NCBI GenBank assembly: GCA_035308865.1
Contig: DATGFU010000038.1
Coordinates: 1-45,180 of the forward strand
Direction of reading: 5' to 3'
DNA: 45,180 nucleotides
Source: Stellaceae bacterium
GTDB taxonomy: Bacteria; Pseudomonadota; Alphaproteobacteria; ATCC43930; CGMCC-115725
The notes under the pieces are model-generated. The model made no database searches, was not told where the DNA came from, and saw only the letters and a program-made list of their open reading frames with translations. This document shows positions 9,804-17,680 of this stretch, piece after piece (position 1 is the stretch's first letter; every line of letters starts with the position of its first letter). The position numbers and the translations under genes were made by a program.

Positions 9804-10393
9804 GGACGTGTCTGCAGACGGACAAGGTTCGGCGCCGGGTGCGGCGCGGCTTCGGGTGGGTCGAGGCGCTGGCGCAGCTGCTCGCGTGCCCGCGCCAGCC
9901 GCGACATCACGGTCCCGATCGGGATGTTCAGCTCGGCGGCGATCTCCTTGTAGCTCAGCCCTTCGACGCCGATCAGCAGCAGGATCTGGCGGTGCTCCAG
10001 GCTTAGCCGGTCCATGGCACGGACGAGATCGCGCGCGCTCGCCCGGTCGGCGGAGGGCGAACTCAAGGCGATCGTGTCGGCCAGCTCGTCGATATCGACG
10101 GCGTGGCCGCGGCTGCGCCGCCGCCGCACCTCGTCGATATGCAGATTGTGCAGGATCGAGCGCAGCCACGGATAAAGCAGCTCGGGGTCGGTCAATGACG
10201 CCCGGCGGTTGAGCGCGCGCTCTGCAGTGTCCTGTACGAGGTCATCGGCCATCGTCAAATCCCCGGCGAGCGCAACGGCATAGCGGCGCAAGCGCGGCAG
10301 CTGCGCCTGCAGCGCCGCGCCGAACGCGTCCGCCCGGCCCGCTTGTTCCGACTCGTCGACCCGCGCGGTCCTTCCGATAAAAGATAAGATCAC
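9800..10393 (-). CDS. RNA polymerase ECF-type sigma-70 factor
   Basis: The 197-aa ORF has region 2 (LRRYAVALAGDLTMADDLVQDTAERAL...WLRSILHNLHIDEVRRR) and region 4 (LSLEHRQILLLIGVEGLSYKEIAAELNIPIGTVMSRLARAREQLR). It is translationally coupled to the downstream anti-sigma gene. Confidence 0.92.
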   Translation of the reverse strand: MILSFIGRTARVDESEQAGRADAFGAALQAQLPRLRRYAVALAGDLTMADDLVQDTAERALNRRASLTDPELLYPWLRSILHNLHIDEVRRRRSRGHAVDIDELADTIALSSPSADRASARDLVRAMDRLSLEHRQILLLIGVEGLSYKEIAAELNIPIGTVMSRLARAREQLRQRLDPPEAAPHPAPNLVRLQTRP

Positions 10394-10499
10394 GCGCGGC
10401 CACCGGACCGGGACGGCATCGGGTCACTCCGAAGAGATCGGCTGGCCGATGCCAGCATTGCGAATACGCTCTGCCCCCACGACGTAGACCCATCCCATT

Positions 10500-11720
10500 C
10501 TATTCCAACCTGGCCGCGCGGGATTCGGCCACTAGGTCGCGCAGGCGATCGAGCGCCGCCGCGCGGGCGGGGCGGAAATCTTCCGCGATCCACCAGGCCT
10601 CGACCTGGCGCAAAAGCTCGCCGACCCGCGGCCCGGTCGGAACGCCGAGCGCCACCACGTCGGCACCCTGCACCGGAAGCGGCGTCTCCTCCCAGGCATC
10701 CGCGAGCGCCGCCAGCGCCGCCTGGCGGTCCGGCCGCCGCGCCGCTGCCGCCTCCAGATGCATTCTATCGCGGTAGCGCTCCCGGCCCAAAGCGTAGAGG
10801 AGTCGCTGTTGCGCCCGTGCGTCGGCGTCGAGATCGATCGCCGGCCCTGCCATGCTTGCGAGCCGGTCGCGCTCAGCATTCGAGAGCTTCAGCCGATCGG
10901 CGACCGCCTCAGCCGTATCTTGCGGCAGCAGTGCGCCGAGGCGGAGCAGCGGATCGACCTCGGGCGTCTGGGCGACCAAGGCTTCGAGCCGCGAAAGATC
11001 GGCGGGCTCAGGCAGGAGCCGGGCGAGCACGCCGTCCTCCGCCATCAGACGCAGCGTGGGCAGCGGATCCGGCGCCGCAAGCAGCTTGAGAAGCTCGTTC
11101 CGGATGCGCTCGCCCGACAGCGCGGCCAGATGCAGTGCGGCCGCCCGGCATGCGGCTCGCGCCTGGGGATCGGCTTGCGTCCGGCCGTAATGCGCCTGAA
11201 ACCGATAGAAGCGCAGCAGGCGGAGCCGGTCCTCCGCGATGCGCGCCGCCGGGTCACCGACAAAGCGCACGCGGCCTTCGAGGCAGTCCTCGATCCCCCC
11301 GGCCGGATCCCAGATCCCGCCATTGGGATCGAGGTAGAGCGCATTCATCGTGAAGTCGCGTCGTGCCGCATCCTCCGCCCAGTCGTCCGTGTAGGCGACG
11401 ACGGCGTGGCGCCCATCGGTTTCGACGTCGCGCCGCAGCGTCGTCACCTCGATCGTCTGGCCATCGGCTACGGCGGTCACGGTGCCGTGGGCGATCCCGG
11501 TCGGCACCGCCTTGATGCCGGCCTTCTCCAGGCGCTCGATCACCATGTCCGGCGGCAGCGGCGTGGCGAGGTCGACATCGCCGATCGGGCGGCCGAGCAG
11601 CGTGTCGCGGACGGCGCCGCCGACGAAGCGCCCATCGCCGAGCGCGTCGGTGATGCGCCGCACCGCCGGCCGCCGGGTCCAGTCGGGCGGCGGGATCCGG
11701 CGGGACGGTCCCGAAGTCAC
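10500..11720 (-). CDS. cca: CCA tRNA nucleotidyltransferase / poly(A) polymerase family protein
   Basis: Motifs FVGGAVRDTLLGRPIGDVDLAT...AVPTGIAHGTVT...EVTTLRRDVETDGRHA...RRDFTMNALY...RIAEDRLRLLRFYRF are diagnostic. The track ORF extends to 11792, but the in-frame GTG at 11720 overlaps the upstream gene's stop (GTGA) and is the more likely start. Confidence 0.88.
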   Translation of the reverse strand: MTSGPSRRIPPPDWTRRPAVRRITDALGDGRFVGGAVRDTLLGRPIGDVDLATPLPPDMVIERLEKAGIKAVPTGIAHGTVTAVADGQTIEVTTLRRDVETDGRHAVVAYTDDWAEDAARRDFTMNALYLDPNGGIWDPAGGIEDCLEGRVRFVGDPAARIAEDRLRLLRFYRFQAHYGRTQADPQARAACRAAALHLAALSGERIRNELLKLLAAPDPLPTLRLMAEDGVLARLLPEPADLSRLEALVAQTPEVDPLLRLGALLPQDTAEAVADRLKLSNAERDRLASMAGPAIDLDADARAQQRLLYALGRERYRDRMHLEAAAARRPDRQAALAALADAWEETPLPVQGADVVALGVPTGPRVGELLRQVEAWWIAEDFRPARAAALDRLRDLVAESRAARLE

Positions 11721-12232
11721 GGCTGCGCCAGCCGCCGCGCGAGATTGACCAGCATGCCCGCCGTCGCGCCCCAGATATAGCGGTCCTGCCACGGCAGCAC
11801 ATAGAAGTGGCGCCGCGCGCCGCCGATATCGCGGTAGTGCTGCTGGTGGCTCGCGGGGTCCACGACGAAGGCGAGCGGCACCTCGAAAATATCTGCGACC
11901 TCATGCGGGTCGGCACGGAGATCGAGCGGCGGCCGAACGAGCCCCACCACCGGCGCCACCCGGTAGCCCGTGCCGGTGACGTAGGGCGGCAGCACACCCA
12001 GCACCCGCACCTTCGCCGGCGGCAGCCCGACCTCTTCCTCGGCCTCGCGCAAGGCCGCCTCGACATCGTCGGCGTCTTCCGGCTCGCGCCGACCGCCGGG
12101 AAACGCGATCTGCCCGGCATGGCTGGCGAGATGATCGGTCCGTCGGGTGAGGAGAACGGTCAGGCCGCTTTCGTGGTCGATCAGGGGTATGAGGACGGCG
12201 GCCGGCAAGAGCGGCCGGCCATCGTCCGGCAC
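11717..12232 (-). CDS. NUDIX hydrolase, CoA pyrophosphatase type
   Basis: The Nudix box is GQIAFPGGRREPEDADDVEAALREAEEEVGL, preceded by AAVLIPLI...LLTRRTDHLASHAG, which is typical of the CoA pyrophosphatase (NudL-like) subfamily. The start is GTG at 12232. No alternative ATG, GTG or TTG exists further upstream in frame. Confidence 0.85.
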   Translation of the reverse strand: MPDDGRPLLPAAVLIPLIDHESGLTVLLTRRTDHLASHAGQIAFPGGRREPEDADDVEAALREAEEEVGLPPAKVRVLGVLPPYVTGTGYRVAPVVGLVRPPLDLRADPHEVADIFEVPLAFVVDPASHQQHYRDIGGARRHFYVLPWQDRYIWGATAGMLVNLARRLAQP

Positions 12233-12315
12233 TCGGCCGGGATTGAGATCGAAATCACTGCCGGGAGAGCCCGCGGCCAGGCCCGAACCGAGCCGGGCGG
12301 CGACGTAGCCGGGCG

Positions 12316-12846
12316 TCAGGTAGCTGCCGTCGAATCGCCGAGGGGAAAGAATTGTCCCTTGCTCCAGACACCGAGCTGCGGATGGCCGTCGAGGACCTCT
12401 TCGGTGCCGAGCTCGACGACATGATAGAATACGGACCGTGCGAGACGGGCTTCAAGTCCGGCGCGGATCATGACATAGGGACGCGGCTCGCCGGTCGCCG
12501 GATCGATCTCGACGCGCAGCTCGTGCCCGTCGCCGATCTCCACACGGTCGTCGAGATTGGTCCGCAAGGAGAGGATCTGGTCTCTGCCGTCGCCCGCAAC
12601 ATCGAGCTCGACCGCCACGAACGGCACGTCGTCGACGACGATGCGGCCGCGCTCGACCGGCGTCACGAGCCAGTACGAGCCGTCCGCCTCGCGCCGCAGC
12701 ACGGAGGCGAAGAGCTTGGCGAGTGCCAGCCGCCCGATCGGAGAGTTGTGATAATACCAGGTGCCGTCGCGACCGATCCGAATGCCGAATTCGCCGCAAC
12801 CCTCGTCGGGCGGCGCGGCGTTCACCGGCGGCGGTGCATTCGTCAT
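12316..12846 (-). CDS. DUF1285 domain protein
   Basis: The 176-aa ORF shows FGIRIGRDGTWYYHNSPIGRLALAKLFASVL...YWLVTPVERGRIVVDDVPFVAVEL..., the pattern I associate with DUF1285. It sits in the usual alphaproteobacterial neighbourhood next to the NUDIX and MoxR genes. Confidence 0.78.
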   Translation of the reverse strand: MTNAPPPVNAAPPDEGCGEFGIRIGRDGTWYYHNSPIGRLALAKLFASVLRREADGSYWLVTPVERGRIVVDDVPFVAVELDVAGDGRDQILSLRTNLDDRVEIGDGHELRVEIDPATGEPRPYVMIRAGLEARLARSVFYHVVELGTEEVLDGHPQLGVWSKGQFFPLGDSTAAT

Positions 12847-12953
12847 TGCGGGCTCGCCTGCGCCGCGACGAAAGGGTGCGGCAATCGCGCGGTTGCGGCG
12901 GAAACGCGTTCGGCCAACGGTGGCCTCATGCCCAGACCCTCGGAGATGCCATA

Positions 12954-13964
12954 GTGACTGGTTTCGACAGCGCGCCGCCTTCCGATCCGCAGGCGCTCGT
13001 CGCCCAGGCCGAAGCGCTGGGCCGCAGGCTCGCGGGGGTGCGGGAACGCGTCGGCGGCGTCATCTTCGGCCAGGGCGAGGTGGTCGATCAAGCCCTGATC
13101 ACGGTGCTGGCCGGCGGCCACGCGCTGCTGGTCGGCGTGCCGGGCCTCGCCAAGACGCGGTTGGTCGAGACGCTCGGCATCGTGCTCGGGCTCGAGGAGC
13201 GGCGGATCCAGTGCACGCCGGACCTGATGCCGGCCGACATCCTGGGTTCCGAGGTGCTGGAGGAAGGCGAGGGCGGCCGCCGCCATTTCCGCTTCATCCA
13301 GGGGCCCGTCTTCAGCCAGCTCCTGATGGCCGACGAGATCAACCGCGCCAGCCCCCGGACCCAGTCGGCGCTGCTCCAGGCGATGCAGGAGCACCGCGTT
13401 TCCATCGCCGGGCAGTACCACCCGCTGCCCAGCCCGTTCCATGTGCTGGCGACCCAGAACCCGATCGAGCAGGAGGGGACGTATCCGCTGCCGGAGGCGC
13501 AGCTCGACCGGTTCCTGCTGCAAATCGATGTGTCCTACCCGGATCTGGAGGCGGAGCGGCGCATGCTCATCGCCACGACCGGCGCCGTCGAGGCCCGGCC
13601 GGAGCGGGTGATGACGCCGGCCGAATTGCTCGACGCCCAGTCGATCATCCGCCGCGTGCCGGTCGGCGAGAGCGTCGTCTCGGCCATACTCGGCCTGGTG
13701 CGGAGCGGGCGGCCGGAGACCAGCAGCATCGACCTCGTGCGCAACCACGTCTCCTGGGGCCCAGGCCCGCGCGCCAGCCAGGCACTCATGCTTGCGGTGC
13801 GTGCTCGGGCACTGCTTGATGGTCGCCTCGCGCCTTCGGTCGACGATGTCGCCCTGCTCGCCCACCCCGTCCTGCGCCACCGCATGGCGCTCAGCTACGC
13901 CGCGCGGGCCGAGGGCGTGACGCTCGGCACGGTGATCGGGCGCATGTGCGAGATTCTCCGGTAG
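12954..13964 (+). CDS. MoxR-family AAA+ ATPase
   Basis: The sequence shows IFGQGEVVDQALITVLAGGHALLVGVPGLAKTRLV (Walker A), LLMADEINRASPRTQSALLQAMQE (Walker B/sensor), and FHVLATQNPIEQEGTYPLPEAQLDRF. The start is set to the GTG at 12954, because the track start 12723 would overlap the divergent DUF1285 gene. Confidence 0.92.
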   Translation: MTGFDSAPPSDPQALVAQAEALGRRLAGVRERVGGVIFGQGEVVDQALITVLAGGHALLVGVPGLAKTRLVETLGIVLGLEERRIQCTPDLMPADILGSEVLEEGEGGRRHFRFIQGPVFSQLLMADEINRASPRTQSALLQAMQEHRVSIAGQYHPLPSPFHVLATQNPIEQEGTYPLPEAQLDRFLLQIDVSYPDLEAERRMLIATTGAVEARPERVMTPAELLDAQSIIRRVPVGESVVSAILGLVRSGRPETSSIDLVRNHVSWGPGPRASQALMLAVRARALLDGRLAPSVDDVALLAHPVLRHRMALSYAARAEGVTLGTVIGRMCEILR

Positions 13965-13994
13965 CCGGCTCATCCACATGGATCACATCACCGA

Positions 13995-14080
13995 CCGTCA
14001 TCGCGAGCGGAGCGAAGCAGTCCAGGGTCACGGATTCCGGCACCTGGATCGCCACGTCGCTGCGCTCCTCGCGATGACGG
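13995..14080. repeat. REP/MITE-like imperfect palindrome (CGTCATCGCGAGCG...TCCAG family) in the MoxR-DUF58 intergenic gap
   Basis: The left arm is ccgtcatcgcgagcggagcgaagcagtccagg. The reverse complement of the right arm is ccgtcatcgcgaggagcgcagcgacgtggcgatccagg. The arms are separated by gtcacggattccggca. This fills most of the 129-bp gap between two operon genes. Confidence 0.75.
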
Positions 14081-14093
14081 TTCCAGGTCGGTA

Positions 14094-14966
14094 ATGCCAG
14101 CCACTCCCTCTCGCCACGAAGCTGAGGCACTTGCCGGGCGCCTGCCGCCGCTGCTGGTCGCCGCCGAACGGGTCGCGGCGACGGTGGCGCAGGGCGTGCA
14201 CGGGCGCCGGCGCGAAGGCGTCGGCAGCAGCTTCTGGCAGTTCCGCGCCTATACGCCCGGCGACGCGGCCACGTCCATCGACTGGCGGCAGACCGCCAAG
14301 TCTGACCGCGCCTTCATCCGCCAGAACGAGTGGGACGCCGCGCAGAGCGTCTGGCTCTGGGCGGACCGCTCGGAGTCCATGGACTGGCATTCCCGCCGCG
14401 ACCTGCCGACCAAGAGCGAGCGGGCGCTGCTGCTGGTGCTGGCTGCGGCGGCGTTGCTGCTGCGCGGCGGCGAGCACGTGGCGCTGCTGGGCGGCGCCCG
14501 GCCGGCCGCCGGCGGTGCCGTGCTCGATCGGCTGGTCCATGACCTTGAGCGGCCGGCGCCCTCGGCAGCGAGCCTGCCGCCGCCGGCACCGCTGCCGCGC
14601 CATGGCGCGTTGCTCGTGGTCGGCGACCTGCTGTCGCCGCTCGATGAGGTGGCGCGGGCGGTGAACGGGTTCGCCTCGCAGGGCGTTCGCGGCCATCTTC
14701 TGCAGATCCTCGATCCTGCCGAGGAGGCGCTGCCCTTCGACGGCAGGGTCCGCTTCGAGGGATTGGAGCACGAGGGCGCCACGCTGATCGATCGGGTCGA
14801 CGCGATCCGGGCGGCCTATGGCACGCGTCTTGCGGCGCATCGCGACGGGCTGGCGGCGATTGCGCGCAACGCCGGCTGGAGCTTCGCGGTGCATCGGACC
14901 GATCAGCCGCCGACGTCGGCGCTTCTGGTGCTGCACGGCGCCCTGTCGGGAGGGCGGCGGTGCTGA
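14094..14966 (+). CDS. DUF58 domain protein (vWA-like, MoxR partner)
   Basis: The 290-aa ORF shows HGRRREGVGSSFWQFRAYTPGDAATSIDWRQTAKSDRAFIRQNEWD, the DUF58 hallmark (G..F...R.Y..GD....IDW). It lies immediately downstream of the MoxR ATPase gene. Confidence 0.88.
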   Translation: MPATPSRHEAEALAGRLPPLLVAAERVAATVAQGVHGRRREGVGSSFWQFRAYTPGDAATSIDWRQTAKSDRAFIRQNEWDAAQSVWLWADRSESMDWHSRRDLPTKSERALLLVLAAAALLLRGGEHVALLGGARPAAGGAVLDRLVHDLERPAPSAASLPPPAPLPRHGALLVVGDLLSPLDEVARAVNGFASQGVRGHLLQILDPAEEALPFDGRVRFEGLEHEGATLIDRVDAIRAAYGTRLAAHRDGLAAIARNAGWSFAVHRTDQPPTSALLVLHGALSGGRRC

Positions 14967-17680
14967 GCTTCGGCTCGTTCGCCTTCGCCTCGCCCTGGCT
15001 GCTTGCGGGGTTCGTCGTGCTGCCGGTGTTGTGGTGGCTGCTGCGGGTGACGCCGCCGCCGGCCACGGTCGTCCGGTTTCCGGCGGTCAGGCTGCTGTTC
15101 GGACTCAACCCGCCGGAGCGGACGCCGGCGCGCACGCCGCTGTGGCTGATCCTGCTGCGCATGCTGCTGGCGAGCCTGCTGATTCTCGCGCTGGCACGGC
15201 CGCTGGCGCGGCCGTCGGCGGCGATTGGCGGCAGCGGGCCGCTCTTGCTGGTGATCGATGACGGTTGGGCGGCGGCCCCGGCATGGCCGGATCACCTCCG
15301 CTTGCTGAACGATCTGATCGGCCGCGCCGACCGCGAAGGCCGGCAGGTCGTCGTCGCGACCGATGCGGCCGGCGCGGCGAAGACGGCGCCGGAACCGATG
15401 CGCGCCGCCGATGCGCGCGCCCTCGTGCAGTCTCTTGCGCCGAAGCCGTGGCCGACGGATCGGGCGGCGCTACTGAAGCGGCTCGACGGGACCTCGTTCC
15501 AGAGTGCCTCCGCCTACTGGCTGACCGACGGGCTGGGGGGCGACGGGGCCGTCGAGCTGGCGCGGCGCCTCGTCCGCTTCGGCCCGACCCGGATCGTCCT
15601 CCCCGGGTCAGGCGGCACGGCACGGTTGCTCGCGCCCGGACCCGCCGAGGCTACGGATCTGACGGTGGCGGTACGTCGCGCCGAGAACGGCGCCGCTCGG
15701 CCGATCTCGCTGCGGGCGATGGCAGCCGATGGCCGCCTTCTCGGAGAGGCGGACGGGAGCTTCGCCGATGGTGCCACCCAGGCGCAGATCGCCTTCAAGA
15801 TGCCGGCCGAGCTGCGCAACCGGGTCGACCGGATCGACCTTGCCGGCGAAGCCGGGGCCGGCGGGGCGCTGCTGCTCGACGAGAGCGCGCGCCGGCGGCC
15901 GGTCGGTATCGCCGGCGACCGCCCCGAGGGCAGCCAGCAACCGCTTCTGTCGGACCGCTACTACCTGGAACGTGCGCTCGAGCCCTTCGTCGAGCTGAGG
16001 CGTGCACCGATCTCGGCGCTGGTCGAGAACGGCGTCGGCATGATCGTCGTGCCCGATGGCGCCGCCGCAGCGCCGACCGACCGCGACACGCTGAAATCCT
16101 GGATCGAGCGTGGCGGTGTGGCGGTGCGCTTTGCCGGGCCGGCGCTGGCCGCGTCCCGTGACGACGATTTGCTGCCAGTGGCGCTCCGCCGCGGCGATCG
16201 CACGATCGGCGGCGCGATGTCCTGGGAGAAGCCCGCGCATCTCGCGGATTTCCCCGCCGAATCGCCGCTGCACGGCCTTGCCGCGCCGGAGGACGTCACG
16301 GTCGATCGGCAGGTCTTGGCCGAGCCGTCGCCCGATCTGCCGGGACGCACCTGGGCGACGCTGACCGACGGCACGCCGCTGGTCACCGCCGAGCGGCGCG
16401 GCAAAGGCTGGCTGGTGCTGATCCACACCTCGGCCAGTCCGACCTGGTCCAACCTGTCGATTTCGGGCCTCTTCGTCGGCATGCTGCGGCGCTTCGAGCG
16501 GCTGGGCCGGGGTCAGGCGTGGAACGACGATACGGTGCTGAAGCCCTGGCAGGTCATGGACGGGCTCGGCCGCCTCGGCGCGCCGCCAGCCTCAGCCCAG
16601 CCCATCCGGGCCCGCGAGATCGGCACGGCGCCGGCCAGCCCGGAGCATCCGCCCGGCTTCTACGGGACCGAGGACTCGCATGCGGCGCTCAATCTCGGGA
16701 CCGGCATCGCCAGCCTGACGCCCTTCCCGGCGCTGCCGCTCGGCGCGATGCCGGAGAGCTACGACCGCCCGGTCGAGGTCGAGTTCCGGCCGACTCTCCT
16801 GAGCGCGGCCTTCCTGCTGCTGCTGATCGACATCGTCATTGGCTATGCGCTGCGCGGCCTCGTGCCGGTCCGGCGGGCCGCGGGAACCGCGGCGGTGCTG
16901 CTCGCGGTGCTGGCGCTTGCGCCTGCCGTCGCGCGGGCCGATGCGCCGGCATCGTCGACGTCCGACAGTTTCGTCATCGAGGCGACGAAGCAGCTCCGGC
17001 TGGCCTACGTCAAAACCGGGGATAGCCAGGCTGATCAGGTCAGTCGTGACGGGCTCGCCGGACTCGGCAATATCCTCGCCCGGCGCACCTCGGTCGAGAC
17101 CGGGGAGCCAATGGCCGTCGATGTCGAGCATGACGAGCTCATCTTCTTCCCGCTGATCTACTGGCCGCTGACCGAGACAGAGCCGCCGCTGTCGCCGGCC
17201 GCGGCGGCGCGGGTGAACCGCTATCTCGAGACCGGCGGCACGATCCTGTTCGATACGCGCGACCAGGGCACGGCGCCGCAGAATGGCGCTTCCGATACGG
17301 CGAACCGGCTGAACACGCTGCTCGCGGGCGTGCACGTCCCGCCCCTGGTCCAGGTGCCGCCCGACCATGTGCTCACCAAGTCCTTCTATCTGATGCAGGA
17401 CTTCCCGGGCCGCTGGATCGGCGGCCCGCTCTGGGTCGAGCCGGCCGAGGACCGGGTGAATGACGGCGTTTCGACCATCGTCGTCGGCTCCAACGACTGG
17501 GCCTCGGCCTGGGCGATGGATCAGCAGGGCATGCCGATGTATCCGGTCGTGCCGGGCGGCGAGCAGCAGCGCGAAATGGCCTATCGCTTCGGGGTCAATC
17601 TCGTGATGTACGCGCTGACCGGCAACTACAAGGCCGACCAGGTGCATGTGCCGGCGATTCTGGAGCGGCTCGGCCAATGA
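14960..17680 (+). CDS. Large membrane protein with N-terminal double-TM (BatA-like) and C-terminal DUF4159-like domain
   Basis: The 906-aa ORF has a GTG start overlapping the DUF58 stop. The N-terminus FASPWLLAGFVVLPVLWWLLR...LWLILLRMLLASLLILALARP gives the double-TM aerotolerance-type N-terminus. The C-terminus reads STIVVGSNDWASAWAMD...REMAYRFGVNLVMYALTGNYKADQVH, which is DUF4159-like. Confidence 0.8.
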   Translation: MLSFGSFAFASPWLLAGFVVLPVLWWLLRVTPPPATVVRFPAVRLLFGLNPPERTPARTPLWLILLRMLLASLLILALARPLARPSAAIGGSGPLLLVIDDGWAAAPAWPDHLRLLNDLIGRADREGRQVVVATDAAGAAKTAPEPMRAADARALVQSLAPKPWPTDRAALLKRLDGTSFQSASAYWLTDGLGGDGAVELARRLVRFGPTRIVLPGSGGTARLLAPGPAEATDLTVAVRRAENGAARPISLRAMAADGRLLGEADGSFADGATQAQIAFKMPAELRNRVDRIDLAGEAGAGGALLLDESARRRPVGIAGDRPEGSQQPLLSDRYYLERALEPFVELRRAPISALVENGVGMIVVPDGAAAAPTDRDTLKSWIERGGVAVRFAGPALAASRDDDLLPVALRRGDRTIGGAMSWEKPAHLADFPAESPLHGLAAPEDVTVDRQVLAEPSPDLPGRTWATLTDGTPLVTAERRGKGWLVLIHTSASPTWSNLSISGLFVGMLRRFERLGRGQAWNDDTVLKPWQVMDGLGRLGAPPASAQPIRAREIGTAPASPEHPPGFYGTEDSHAALNLGTGIASLTPFPALPLGAMPESYDRPVEVEFRPTLLSAAFLLLLIDIVIGYALRGLVPVRRAAGTAAVLLAVLALAPAVARADAPASSTSDSFVIEATKQLRLAYVKTGDSQADQVSRDGLAGLGNILARRTSVETGEPMAVDVEHDELIFFPLIYWPLTETEPPLSPAAAARVNRYLETGGTILFDTRDQGTAPQNGASDTANRLNTLLAGVHVPPLVQVPPDHVLTKSFYLMQDFPGRWIGGPLWVEPAEDRVNDGVSTIVVGSNDWASAWAMDQQGMPMYPVVPGGEQQREMAYRFGVNLVMYALTGNYKADQVHVPAILERLGQ

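Noticed and set aside
12233-12315. Possible N-terminal extension of the NUDIX gene (upstream in-frame peptide ...GSDFDLNPGR resembles CoA pyrophosphatase N-termini)
   Set aside because: There is no ATG, GTG or TTG in that frame upstream of the GTG at 12232. An extension would need a non-standard start (for example CTG), which I cannot support.
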